Below the pieces are notes generated by a model. It made no database searches. It had not been told where the DNA came from and was given only the letters and a program-made list of their open reading frames with translations. From a bacterium (lineage in GTDB: Bacteria > UBA6262 > WVXT01): a DNA stretch of 30,145 nucleotides. The stretch covers positions 1 to 30,145 of the forward strand of contig JBHIBS010000020.1 of the NCBI GenBank assembly GCA_046759165.1, written 5' to 3'. A program made the translations under genes and the position numbers. Below, piece after piece: positions 17,792 to 26,969 of the stretch (position 1 is its first letter; every line of letters starts with the position of its first letter).

Positions 17792-18826
17792 TTATGTTCC
17801 TATATATTTTGCGTATAATCCTCTTGCCACAGAGAAATCATTGGTACCTTTTATTATCGCCCGACTATCAAGAAAAAGGTTAATCTCATATTCATTGACG
17901 GAAAACTTCAAAATATACTTATTGAAAGTAACCTTCCCCGATTTCTTCAATCTCTCTGCGAGTTTCTCAAAATCGATCCGACCAATAGATTTCTGGGTTA
18001 TCTGTACTGCATCTCTTCCACAAAGGGAAGTTATTGATGAGCCTTGTTTACCTTCTAAGAATTCAAACTTTCTCTGTTTACAGCAGGAACAGTCAATTTC
18101 ATCCTTTCTATCATTGAGGTTAAACTTCTCAAAAGAGCCTTCCCAGATATCAATTGCAATCAAATTTTTGTTTAATGCTTTAAATTTACCTGTCAGATAT
18201 TTAATTGCCTCTGCTGTCTCAATGGCAGCAATAACATTAACAATCGGACTTATTACTCCTGCTGTGTCACAAGTGGGAACCATTCCCGGCAGAGGAGCAG
18301 TCTCGAAAAGGCAACGGAAACAGGGAGTCTTACCGGGAATAATATTCATAGTCAGCCCATAGGACCCTAAACAGGAACCGTAAATCCAGGGAATTTTTGC
18401 CTTTACACAGGCGTCATTTAACAGAAATCTCACCTCAAAATTATCCGTTCCATCTACCAAAAGTTTAGCGCCTTCAACAAGATTCTCCACATTGGTGAAA
18501 TTAACGTCGGCTACTACAGCTTCCAATTTCACTTCGGAATTAATTTTTTCTAATTTATCCACTGCGGCAATTGCTTTAGGAATATTTCTTTTTACATCTT
18601 CTTCATCAAAAAGAATTTGGCGTTGTAAGTTATTCAGCTCCACAAAGTCCCGATCAATTATTTTCAACTCTCCTATTCCTGCACGCACCAGGTTATTGGC
18701 AATCACTGTTCCTAAAGCGCCACAGCCGACCAGAACAACCTTGTTATCTCTCAGTTTCCTTTGGCCTTGTTCGCCAATCTCAGAAAATAAAATCTGTCTT
18801 GAATAGCGGCTTAAATTTTCCTGCAT
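17792..18826 (-). CDS. MoeB/ThiF-family E1-like adenylyltransferase
   Basis: RYSRQILF, GCGALG, DRDFVELNNLQRQ, DGTDNF, PCFRCL, TCDTAGV, C-terminal LCGRDAVQI domain; no rhodanese domain. Confidence 0.92.
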   Translation of the reverse strand: MQENLSRYSRQILFSEIGEQGQRKLRDNKVVLVGCGALGTVIANNLVRAGIGELKIIDRDFVELNNLQRQILFDEEDVKRNIPKAIAAVDKLEKINSEVKLEAVVADVNFTNVENLVEGAKLLVDGTDNFEVRFLLNDACVKAKIPWIYGSCLGSYGLTMNIIPGKTPCFRCLFETAPLPGMVPTCDTAGVISPIVNVIAAIETAEAIKYLTGKFKALNKNLIAIDIWEGSFEKFNLNDRKDEIDCSCCKQRKFEFLEGKQGSSITSLCGRDAVQITQKSIGRIDFEKLAERLKKSGKVTFNKYILKFSVNEYEINLFLDSRAIIKGTNDFSVARGLYAKYIGT

Positions 18827-18849
18827 TTCCTTACGCTCCTACTAATCTT

Positions 18850-19089
18850 TCATTCTAACACGTCGTGAGTAACTGGTTTAACCTTTATGCCTTTCTTCTT
18901 AAGCCACTCTACTGCCCTATCCAATATCTCATCTTCGCCATCCAGTTCAATAACTAACTCCCCTGTAGTTTTAGTGACTCTTGCTCGTCTGATGTTGAAG
19001 ATAACATCAAATTTCCTGGACATTTCCCAGATAACCGGCTCCTTAACCAACTCTTCTGGAAAAATTAAATCAAGTTGCCTTCTTGCCAT
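18850..19089 (-). CDS. Stand-alone NIL-domain protein
   Basis: LIFPEELVKEPVIWEMSRKFDVIFNIRRARV...GELVIELDG...AVEWLKKKGIKV. Confidence 0.85.
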   Translation of the reverse strand: MARRQLDLIFPEELVKEPVIWEMSRKFDVIFNIRRARVTKTTGELVIELDGEDEILDRAVEWLKKKGIKVKPVTHDVLE

Positions 19090-19116
19090 CGCATTCTCCT
19101 TTTTGATTAGCCACTT

Positions 19117-19389
19117 TTATCCACCAGCTATTGCTGGAACTATGGAAACCTCACTACCCCTGGCGATTTTGGTTTTAATTCCGTCTTTAAAACGAATATC
19201 CTCTCCATTAACAAAGATGTTAATGAAGCGACGAATCCCTTTACCATCGTAGATTCTCTCTTTTATACCCGGATATTTCTTATCCAGGTCGGAGATCAAG
19301 TCTATTAGGGTCTCTGCCTCTGTTTCCACTACTGCCTGGTTTCCAGTCAGTTTCCTTAAAGGTGCAGGAATTTTAACACTCGTAGTCAT
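19117..19389 (-). CDS. MoaD/CysO-like ubiquitin-fold sulfur carrier
   Basis: VKIPAPLRKLTG, FINIFVNGEDIRF, terminal VSIVPAIAGG. Confidence 0.93.
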   Translation of the reverse strand: MTTSVKIPAPLRKLTGNQAVVETEAETLIDLISDLDKKYPGIKERIYDGKGIRRFINIFVNGEDIRFKDGIKTKIARGSEVSIVPAIAGG

Positions 19390-19421
19390 GTCTTCCTCCT
19401 TATGCGAATCCAGCCTGTGTA

Positions 19422-19530
19422 CCCTTCACCCTTCCCCTCCCCCAGAAGGAAGAGGAGAAGCGACTCCGAAAACTATCCGTTCATCCCAATTACTACAGCT
19501 TTTTCGGGCGACCGCAAGGGTCGCCCCTAT
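19422..19530. repeat. Two REP-like palindromic elements in the thrC-moaD spacer
   Basis: cccttcacccttcccctcccccagaaggaagaggaga (19422-19458) and gggcgacc-gcaag-ggtcgccc-ctat (19506-19530), the latter a GTAG-class-like REP with an ATAG variant end. Confidence 0.65.
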
Positions 19531-19585
19531 GCGACTGTTACCCCTTCCTCAAGCGATGAAAAACTATCTTGTGTAAATCTACTTA

Positions 19586-20812
19586 TTACATTCGCTGAAA
19601 CTCTTCTGTAAATGCTTTGAGAGTAGGGGCAATCTTCTTGGGCCTGCTCACCACTTCTGAAACTACTTCTTGAGTTTTCAGTCCATTCCCTGTTATGAAA
19701 GCAACAGTTAATTCATCCTTCTTAATTCTCCCTGTTTGCGCCAACTTTTTCAACACCCCCACAGTCACGCCGCCAGCAGTTTCCGTAAATATTCCCTCAG
19801 TCTCCGCCAGAAGTTTAATTCCCTCTATAATCTCTTCATCATTTACCATCTCAGCAAATCCACCAGTCTCCTTCATTATCTTCCAGGCATAGTATCCATC
19901 AGCTGGATTTCCGATAGCTAAAGACTTGGCAATAGTATTCGGCTTAACCGGCTTAACAATTTCTGAATTCTCCTTATAGGCAGTGACAATCGGCGAACAA
20001 CCTTCTGCTTGAGCTCCGGAAAACTTCGTTTTAACTTTTTCAATCAATCCCAGCATAGCGAATTCTTTCAACCCTTTATATATTTTTGTCATCAGACAGC
20101 CCGAAGCCAGAGGAATAACCACATGGTCAGGAGCCTTCCAACCAAGCTGTTCAGCAACTTCAAAGCCTAAAGTCTTCGAACCTTCTGCATAATAAGGTCG
20201 AATGTTTATATTGACAAAAGCCCAGGGGAAACTATCGGCGATTTCACTGCAGAGGCGATTTACCTGGTCATAGTTTCCCTCCACACCAATTAAGTTTGGC
20301 TGATATATGCCTGCTCCTATGATTTTACCTTTTTCCAGATCTATGGGAATAAACACAAAAGCCTTAATTCCTGCATAAGCACCATAAGCTGCCACAGAAC
20401 AGGCTAAATTCCCTGTGGATGCGCAGGCTATAGTATCAAATCCCAGCTCTACGGCTCTGGTTATAGCTACTGAAACTACCCTATCCTTAAAAGAATATGT
20501 GGGATTTACTGCATCATTTTTTATATACAGCTTTTCTAAACCCAACAATTTGCCTAAATTTCTGGCGGGTAAAAAGGGAGTGAACCCTTCCTCCAGGCTG
20601 ATAACATTTTCTGTTTCTACAGGTAGTAAATCCCAGTAGCGCCACTGCGAATTCGGACCCGCTTCTATTTTCTTTCTGGAAATATACGATTTAATCTGTT
20701 TATAATTGTAGTTTACTTCCAAAGGGCCAAAGCAGAACTCACACACATAAATTGCCTTTGCCTGATATTTCCTTCCACATTCCCTGCATTTTAAACCGGT
20801 TATCTTCTCCAT
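19586..20812 (-). CDS. thrC: Threonine synthase-like fold-type II PLP enzyme (MoaD-associated type)
   Basis: N-terminal zinc ribbon CRECG..CEFCFGPL, NPTYSFKDR, CASTGNLA, RPYYAEGSKT, SLAIGNPADG, ITGNGLKT. Confidence 0.88.
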   Translation of the reverse strand: MEKITGLKCRECGRKYQAKAIYVCEFCFGPLEVNYNYKQIKSYISRKKIEAGPNSQWRYWDLLPVETENVISLEEGFTPFLPARNLGKLLGLEKLYIKNDAVNPTYSFKDRVVSVAITRAVELGFDTIACASTGNLACSVAAYGAYAGIKAFVFIPIDLEKGKIIGAGIYQPNLIGVEGNYDQVNRLCSEIADSFPWAFVNINIRPYYAEGSKTLGFEVAEQLGWKAPDHVVIPLASGCLMTKIYKGLKEFAMLGLIEKVKTKFSGAQAEGCSPIVTAYKENSEIVKPVKPNTIAKSLAIGNPADGYYAWKIMKETGGFAEMVNDEEIIEGIKLLAETEGIFTETAGGVTVGVLKKLAQTGRIKKDELTVAFITGNGLKTQEVVSEVVSRPKKIAPTLKAFTEEFQRM

Positions 20813-20891
20813 CTCTCACCATCTCAAAAAGTTTTAATGCTTCCAAAATACAAAATAATCCGACTTTTTCAGTTAACAAAATTAGAAAATA

Positions 20892-20920
20892 ATTATAATA
20901 TATACTACTATTTCTGTCAA
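20892..20920 (-). promoter_or_regulatory. Consensus sigma70 promoter of the sulfur operon
   Basis: TTGACA-17 nt-TATAAT, about 80 nt upstream of the thrC ATG. Confidence 0.85.
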
Positions 20921-21026
20921 GAATGTTTTAGAAAAAATTATTTCTGACCTAAGCGGTCGACTTCTACTATGGCCTTATAGACTATCTTTCCCTTGTATGT
21001 AGCTTGCATACTTCTCCATATCGAAA

Positions 21027-21797
21027 TTATCTGATTACCCTTACCCTCTTTGGTGGCCAATATAAGAAAAGTGGTTTTCCTTTAATATACCCCCTCTCTA
21101 AGGGACCCCAGAAACGGCTATCATAACTATGGTCGCGGTTGTCACCCATCACAAAGTAGGAATTTTCCGGAACAACAATAGGACCAAGATTGTCACGGTT
21201 CTTATACATGAGAGGTAACTGCCTGGAATTTGGATAAACCCTTTCGTCTGTAAAAATAGTGTATTCTTCCTCCTGTAGTTCACCATTAACATAGACTTTC
21301 TTGTCTTTTATCTCCACCGTATCTCCTGGAACCCCGATACATCGCTTAATGAAATCCTTCTTGGGGTCAAGGGGAAACTGAAATACGATTATTTCTTTCC
21401 GCTTTGGCTCCTGAAAGGGAAAGATATATTTTTTACTAAAGGGGATATGGACTCCGTAAATAAATTTAGCTACAAAAATGTGGTCGCCAATCTTAAATGT
21501 ATTCATCATAGAACCAGAGGGTATCTTAAATGCCTGAATGATAAAAGACATTATTACCCATGCTAATACTACTGCCACAAGCCCGGTATTCACCCACTCC
21601 CTGGTCATGTTAACTTTCTTAAGGAGCTTCTCCTTTGCCCTCCTGGTAATCCACCTAAGCAATAAAGTCTCAACACCCAAAATCCCGGCAACGATTAACA
21701 TTTTGAGCTCAGTCTGCATTTCGGGTAATTTAAAGAAGATAAAAAGTACGGCTGCAATTGTTATCCCACTACTTAGATAATATAAAATGGGCACCAT
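21027..21797 (-). CDS. lepB: Signal peptidase I
   Basis: IPSGSM (Ser), DFIKRCIGVPGD (Lys), GDNRDHSYDSRFWG; follows lepA. Likely start ATG 21797 after GGAGG. Confidence 0.93.
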   Translation of the reverse strand: MVPILYYLSSGITIAAVLFIFFKLPEMQTELKMLIVAGILGVETLLLRWITRRAKEKLLKKVNMTREWVNTGLVAVVLAWVIMSFIIQAFKIPSGSMMNTFKIGDHIFVAKFIYGVHIPFSKKYIFPFQEPKRKEIIVFQFPLDPKKDFIKRCIGVPGDTVEIKDKKVYVNGELQEEEYTIFTDERVYPNSRQLPLMYKNRDNLGPIVVPENSYFVMGDNRDHSYDSRFWGPLERGYIKGKPLFLYWPPKRVRVIR

Positions 21798-21801
21798 TTC
21801 C

Positions 21802-23640
21802 CTACCTCCCCTCACCAAATTTCAAGAAAGTTAGAAAGGCTTCCTGGGGAACGTCCACCTTTCCTAATCTCTTCATTTTTTTCTTGCCTTCTTTCTGTTT
21901 CTCCAGAAGCTTCCTCTTTCTGGTGACATCTCCGCCGTATAGCTTGGCAGTTACATCCTTGCGGAAAGCTTTAATAGTCTCCCGAGCAATGATTCTATTT
22001 TCGATTTTGGCCTGAATGGGCACAGGAATCTGCTGTCTGGGAATTACTTCCTTTAACTCCTTAGCAATCTTCTGTGCTCGATAATATGCCTTTTCCCGAG
22101 GAAGAATTACAGAAAGGGCCTCAATGGGTTGGTAATTTATGAGTATCACCAATTTCACGAGATCTCCTGCCCTATAACCCATATGTTGATAATCGAGAGA
22201 AGCAAATCCGTGGCTAATCGACTTCAACCTGTCATAAAAACCCGCGATCATTTCCGCAAGCGGCAATTCGTAAGTCAAAACTACTCTTTGAGGATTTATA
22301 TATTTCATTGAAGTAAATCTTGCCCTCCTCTTTTCCATAAGTTTCATTACCGCTCCCAGAAATTCACTATGTAAAATAATGGTCACCCTGACGAAGGGTT
22401 CGGCAATCTCTGCAATCTCGTTTTCTGGCGGAAGGTCAGCTGGATTATTTATATAGATTATCTCACTTTCTTCCTTTTCAGAAGCCTTTCTTTTTTTCTT
22501 TCCGCCCTTAATCTTCTTTATCTGGTAGACCACATTAGGAGCGGTGATAACGAGATCCAGGTTATATTCTCTTTCCAGGCGCTCCCTGATTATATCCATG
22601 TGAAGAAGTCCCAAGAATCCACATCGAAAACCATAACCAAGCATTGAGTCCTCTGCCTGGTACTCAAACGAGGCATCGTTTAGCCTGAGCCTCTCCAGAG
22701 CTTTCTTCAAATGTTCGTAACCTCCACTATTAACAGGGTAGAGACCACAAAACACAAAAGGCTTCACCTCCCTTAACCTGCCATAAGGCTTTACTTTTGG
22801 CTTAGATGGATCAGTAATTGTATCTCCAATTTTCACATTATGTATGTCTTTTATGCCTGCAACCAGATACCCGACTTCTCCAGCCCCAAGGCTTGGAGCA
22901 GATACCATCTTTAGATGGAACACGCCAAGTTCATTAACCTCGAAAATTTTTCCTGTGGACATTATCTCTATTTTCATTCCCGGTCTTAGGGTGCCATCGA
23001 ATACTCTTACATAAATAACTGCCCCGCGATAAGGGTCAAAGACCGAGTCGAAGACCAGTGCGGAAAGTGGAGCATGGGGAGAGCCGGCGGGAGGAGGAAT
23101 CTGGCGAACAATCGCCTCAAGCACCTCTTTAATGCCTATTCCCAACTTAGCGCTTGTCTCAAGAATATCCCTCTCTTCAACACTCATAATCTTCATAATT
23201 TGACCTTTTACATTCTCTTTATCTGCGTTTGGTAAATCCACTTTATTTATCACAGGAATAATCTTTAAATTATTTTCCCGGGCCAGATAAGCATTTGCCA
23301 AGGTCTGGGCCTCGACTCCCTGGCAAGCATCAACAACCAGAAGAGTCCCTTCACAGGCAGCAAGACTCCGTGCCACTTCATAGGTGAAATCGACATGTCC
23401 CGGAGTATCAATTAAATTCAGAGCATATTTCTTACCATCGCTGGCAACATAATCCAGTCTGATCGCTTTTGCCTTTATAGTAATTCCCTTCTCCCTCTCA
23501 AGGTCCATAACGTCCAGAACCTGGTTTCTCATCTCCCTTGCACTTACAGCCTTGGTAAACTCTAAAATCCTATCAGCAAGAGTAGATTTCCCATGGTCTA
23601 TATGGGCAATAATGGAAAAGTTCCTTATATCTTCCCTCAA
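21802..23640 (-). CDS. lepA: Elongation factor 4
   Basis: IRNFSIIAHIDHGKSTLADR, DTPGHVDF, GFRCGFLGLLH, YGGDVTRKRKLLEKQKEGK. Likely start TTG 23640 overlapping the mtaB stop, with AGGAG upstream. Confidence 0.96.
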   Translation of the reverse strand: MREDIRNFSIIAHIDHGKSTLADRILEFTKAVSAREMRNQVLDVMDLEREKGITIKAKAIRLDYVASDGKKYALNLIDTPGHVDFTYEVARSLAACEGTLLVVDACQGVEAQTLANAYLARENNLKIIPVINKVDLPNADKENVKGQIMKIMSVEERDILETSAKLGIGIKEVLEAIVRQIPPPAGSPHAPLSALVFDSVFDPYRGAVIYVRVFDGTLRPGMKIEIMSTGKIFEVNELGVFHLKMVSAPSLGAGEVGYLVAGIKDIHNVKIGDTITDPSKPKVKPYGRLREVKPFVFCGLYPVNSGGYEHLKKALERLRLNDASFEYQAEDSMLGYGFRCGFLGLLHMDIIRERLEREYNLDLVITAPNVVYQIKKIKGGKKKRKASEKEESEIIYINNPADLPPENEIAEIAEPFVRVTIILHSEFLGAVMKLMEKRRARFTSMKYINPQRVVLTYELPLAEMIAGFYDRLKSISHGFASLDYQHMGYRAGDLVKLVILINYQPIEALSVILPREKAYYRAQKIAKELKEVIPRQQIPVPIQAKIENRIIARETIKAFRKDVTAKLYGGDVTRKRKLLEKQKEGKKKMKRLGKVDVPQEAFLTFLKFGEGR

Positions 23641-24920
23641 TGTAGAATCTCTCCTATTGCAAATCCGCAATCTACATCGTTAATCCTGACAGAAATCAAC
23701 CTATTCAACTCATCCTCGCTTGCCGGGGCAAGGACTCTGATGTAGTTACTGGAGAAACCAGAATAGAAGGCTCTTCCGTTCTCCTTTTTTCCTTGCACCT
23801 TTCTTTCAAAGAGAACCACTAGTTCCTTATTCAAGTATTGCCGGTAAAATTTTTCTCTTAGCTCTTTCTCTAAATTATCGAGCATCCTGCTGCGCCATCT
23901 CACTTCAGAAGCAGAGACTCTCCCCGGCAATCTACTGGCCAGAGTCCCAGGCCTGGGAGAGAACCTGAATATATGAACCTTAGAAAAACCCATTTTCTTC
24001 ACAAAATCATAAGTATTGCAAAATCTTCGGTCTGTTTCACCAGAAAATCCCACAATCAAATCGGTGGAAATCCCCACATCAGGGATACTCTTCCGCACCA
24101 TTTCTATAATCTGTTGATAATCTTGGGTCGTATAATTCCGATTCATCAGCTTCAAGATATGGTCATCGCCACTCTGAATGGGGATATGGAGATGGTGGCA
24201 TATTTTGGAAAGAGATTTCATTGCTGCAATGAATTCTTCGTCAATATGCAAAGGCTCAATTGAACTAATTCTTATTCTCTGAAGCCCCTGTAAAGAGTTG
24301 AGCTTCTCCAGAAGAGGAATGAGTTCATGATAATTTCCCAAATTGATGCCGCAAAGGACAATCTCTTTATACCCGGAATCTAAGAGCCTTTTAGTTTCGC
24401 TTAACACCTCATTAATAGGTCTCGATGAGACCACCTCTCGCACATAAGGAATGATGCAGTATGAGCAGAAAGAGTTACAGCCATCCTGAATCTTTACAAA
24501 GGCGCGAGTGTGGCTGGGAAACTTGCTTATCAAAGTATGCTTTTCGGAAAATTTTCTGGTCTCTTTTATTCCAAAAGCTTCCTTTGCTAAGCATTCTGCA
24601 ATGTCCTTCTTTTGGTAATTATCAAAGATCTGACATTGGGGAGAAATTTTTTTCAACTCATCGGGACTCCTCTCAGCATAACATCCTGTAACAACTATTT
24701 TTGCTATTCGGTTTCTTCTCAAAGCAGAACGGATATACTCACGACACTTCTGGTCAGTCCTCAGGGTAACGGTGCAAGTGTTAATCAGATAATAATCGGC
24801 AATTTGAGAAAATGGAACTATCTTAAACCCTGTCTCCTCCAACTCTTCTTCAATAAGGGCTGTCTCATACTGGTTAACCTTGCATCCCACAGTATATGTC
24901 GCGACACTCTTACTTCCCAT
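23637..24920 (-). CDS. mtaB: tRNA t6A37 methylthiotransferase
   Basis: GCKVNQYET, INTCTVT, TRAFVKIQDGCNSFCSYCIIP, FSPRPGT, C-terminal TRAM-like region; dnaJ-rsmE context. Confidence 0.93.
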   Translation of the reverse strand: MGSKSVATYTVGCKVNQYETALIEEELEETGFKIVPFSQIADYYLINTCTVTLRTDQKCREYIRSALRRNRIAKIVVTGCYAERSPDELKKISPQCQIFDNYQKKDIAECLAKEAFGIKETRKFSEKHTLISKFPSHTRAFVKIQDGCNSFCSYCIIPYVREVVSSRPINEVLSETKRLLDSGYKEIVLCGINLGNYHELIPLLEKLNSLQGLQRIRISSIEPLHIDEEFIAAMKSLSKICHHLHIPIQSGDDHILKLMNRNYTTQDYQQIIEMVRKSIPDVGISTDLIVGFSGETDRRFCNTYDFVKKMGFSKVHIFRFSPRPGTLASRLPGRVSASEVRWRSRMLDNLEKELREKFYRQYLNKELVVLFERKVQGKKENGRAFYSGFSSNYIRVLAPASEDELNRLISVRINDVDCGFAIGEILH

Positions 24921-24957
24921 TTTACCCAGTCAAGCACGGTTTGAGGCGCCGAATAAT

Positions 24958-25917
24958 TTAATGATGGCCTTTCTTGAACAGGTCGAGGAACTTATCCTCA
25001 TATTGCTTATATATATCCCATCTATCCAGTTCTGCTTTTAATTCTCTTGCCTTGGAGAGGTCTTTTTTCGCTTCCCGGAAGAGTTTTTGGATCTTCTCTT
25101 TAGCAGAATCTGGAATCCCGCTCTGGGCGTCAAGGCTCTTTTTTATTTTCTCAATTTCCTCGTCGCTTATTGGTTTTCTTGGCTCATGCACTCCATGGAG
25201 CTTAAAGTAATCGACAAATTTCTCAATCTCCTCCTCTATTCGCTTCGCCTGGTAATCAAGTTCTGAGGTGTCTACTTCGATTCCCAGCATCTTACACAAG
25301 ACTTTGAGAACCACCTTAGAGGATTTAGGATTCTCTATCTGGATAGTATAGTATGGCAGCTCGCCTAACAAGCAGATACCCTGAAATCCCTTCTCCTTTG
25401 CCACTGCCAACAATAACCCATTCATACCGCTGATTTGACCCTCGTTCATCAAAGAAACTCCGTAATCTTTTAAATCCTTTGCCAGGGAAATATGAGTTGC
25501 CACTCCCCAAACTTTGGGCTCGTTGGTATGTTCCATAACAGAAGGCATAGCTGCAAAAGTATAGACTCTCTCTACCCCAAACTCTCCCACCAAACCCAAA
25601 ATTTCACAAGCAAATTGGTACTCTTTTTCCGGGGACGGTTGAGCTTCGCCCAAAAAGATTACCAAGTCGTGTAGCGACCTTCTATCTATCCAGTAGTAGA
25701 ACTTGCTCTTTGGGAATTTCGGTATCTCTAAGACATTACCTTTGATAGAGGCGCCCACAGGGTGGAAGAATCCGCTAGGTTCAATCTCTCCGAATTCCTC
25801 TGCTCTCAACTTTTCCCCTAAATAAGTGGCTGCCTTCAATGCCACATTCCCCATGCCAGGCCATGCTGCAACAAGATAAGGACTCTTCAATTTAGGCTCC
25901 TTCTGAAGTTTGACCAT
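24958..25917 (-). CDS. PAC2 (proteasome assembly chaperone 2) family protein
   Basis: AAWPGMGNVALKA, FLGEAQP, ISGMNGLLL, GICLLGE, NPKSSKVVL; helical C-terminal extension. Confidence 0.85.
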   Translation of the reverse strand: MVKLQKEPKLKSPYLVAAWPGMGNVALKAATYLGEKLRAEEFGEIEPSGFFHPVGASIKGNVLEIPKFPKSKFYYWIDRRSLHDLVIFLGEAQPSPEKEYQFACEILGLVGEFGVERVYTFAAMPSVMEHTNEPKVWGVATHISLAKDLKDYGVSLMNEGQISGMNGLLLAVAKEKGFQGICLLGELPYYTIQIENPKSSKVVLKVLCKMLGIEVDTSELDYQAKRIEEEIEKFVDYFKLHGVHEPRKPISDEEIEKIKKSLDAQSGIPDSAKEKIQKLFREAKKDLSKARELKAELDRWDIYKQYEDKFLDLFKKGHH

Positions 25918-26135
25918 TCTTTTCTCCTTTCAAAATATCATCATTTGGACTTCATAAGTTACTTTAATATTTTACCGAAAATTCAACAAAACTTTCTGTT
26001 TTCTAAAATTTAACAAAATACCTTAAATTCACCCCATGGGCCAGAATTGCTCCTCAATCCTCCAGTGGTAGGAGTCCCGGAGCAAGACATTCATGGACAG
26101 TAACCCGATATCTTATTACCTCACCTCCACTATAA

Positions 26136-26906
26136 TTAGCCAAGGTCTGATGATTCGTAGAGGGCTGCTATGGCAACAACCAGTCCTGCAGTTTCAGTGC
26201 GGAGTATCCTGGAGCCCAAACTGACCGGGACCACTCCCACTCGCCTTGCCTTTTCCACTTCCTCTGAAGTAAACCCACCTTCAGGACCAATAAATATAGC
26301 CAGACGGAAATGGGAAATTCCGCATACTGCACTACTTCTCAGCACTTCTCTTAAGTGATTCTTCTCTTCCATTTCCCAGGCGATTATGCCCATCTGGGAC
26401 TTTCCCTCTGAAAATTCCTCTAATGCGTGTAAGAAATCTAAAACAGGGCCCACTTGTGGTATCGAGTTTCTCCTCGATTGTTTTGCCGCTTCCCGCGCAA
26501 TCTTCTGCCAGCGAAGAGCTCTCTCTTTCATCCTCTTACAATCGACTCTTACTATTGTTCTTTCTGTAGTTATGGGGACTATCGCTGAAACGCCAATCTC
26601 CGTAGACTTCTGAATAATGAAGTCGAACCTATTCCCCTTAGGAATCGACTGGAAGAGCGTTATCTTGAGTTTCGGCTCTGTTTCCATTCTTTTCTGACTA
26701 ATTATCTCTGCCTTTATTCTGGGTACCCCTCCAAATCTATCTATCTCTAAAATCCTGACCCTAAATTCATCCCCATACCCATTAAATATATTTATCTCAT
26801 CCCCTTTCTTCTTTCTGAGAACAGTTATGATATGCCTCGCTTCACCGCCTCTAATCAAAACTTCATTACCCTCTATATCCTCTGGTAATACAAAAAAATG
26901 GGGCAT
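26136..26906 (-). CDS. rsmE: 16S rRNA m3U1498 methyltransferase
   Basis: HIITVLR, QKSTEIGV, EAAKQSRR, IGPEGGF, LGSRILRTETA. Confidence 0.96.
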   Translation of the reverse strand: MPHFFVLPEDIEGNEVLIRGGEARHIITVLRKKKGDEINIFNGYGDEFRVRILEIDRFGGVPRIKAEIISQKRMETEPKLKITLFQSIPKGNRFDFIIQKSTEIGVSAIVPITTERTIVRVDCKRMKERALRWQKIAREAAKQSRRNSIPQVGPVLDFLHALEEFSEGKSQMGIIAWEMEEKNHLREVLRSSAVCGISHFRLAIFIGPEGGFTSEEVEKARRVGVVPVSLGSRILRTETAGLVVAIAALYESSDLG

Positions 26907-26969
26907 TGTTAAAAACCCCGTTAAAAAGTCATAAGTTTAAAAGTTCAGGCTACAAAACTTTCGGACATT

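Noticed and set aside
17792-19389. Ubiquitin-like conjugation or anti-phage (Bil/CBASS-type) system
   Set aside because: No E2 or JAMM gene; the desulfurase, CysK and ThrC context points to sulfur transfer.
20813-21026. SAM-I or T-box riboswitch upstream of the sulfur operon
   Set aside because: The leader after the promoter is only about 75 nt, AT-rich, and lacks the conserved cores.
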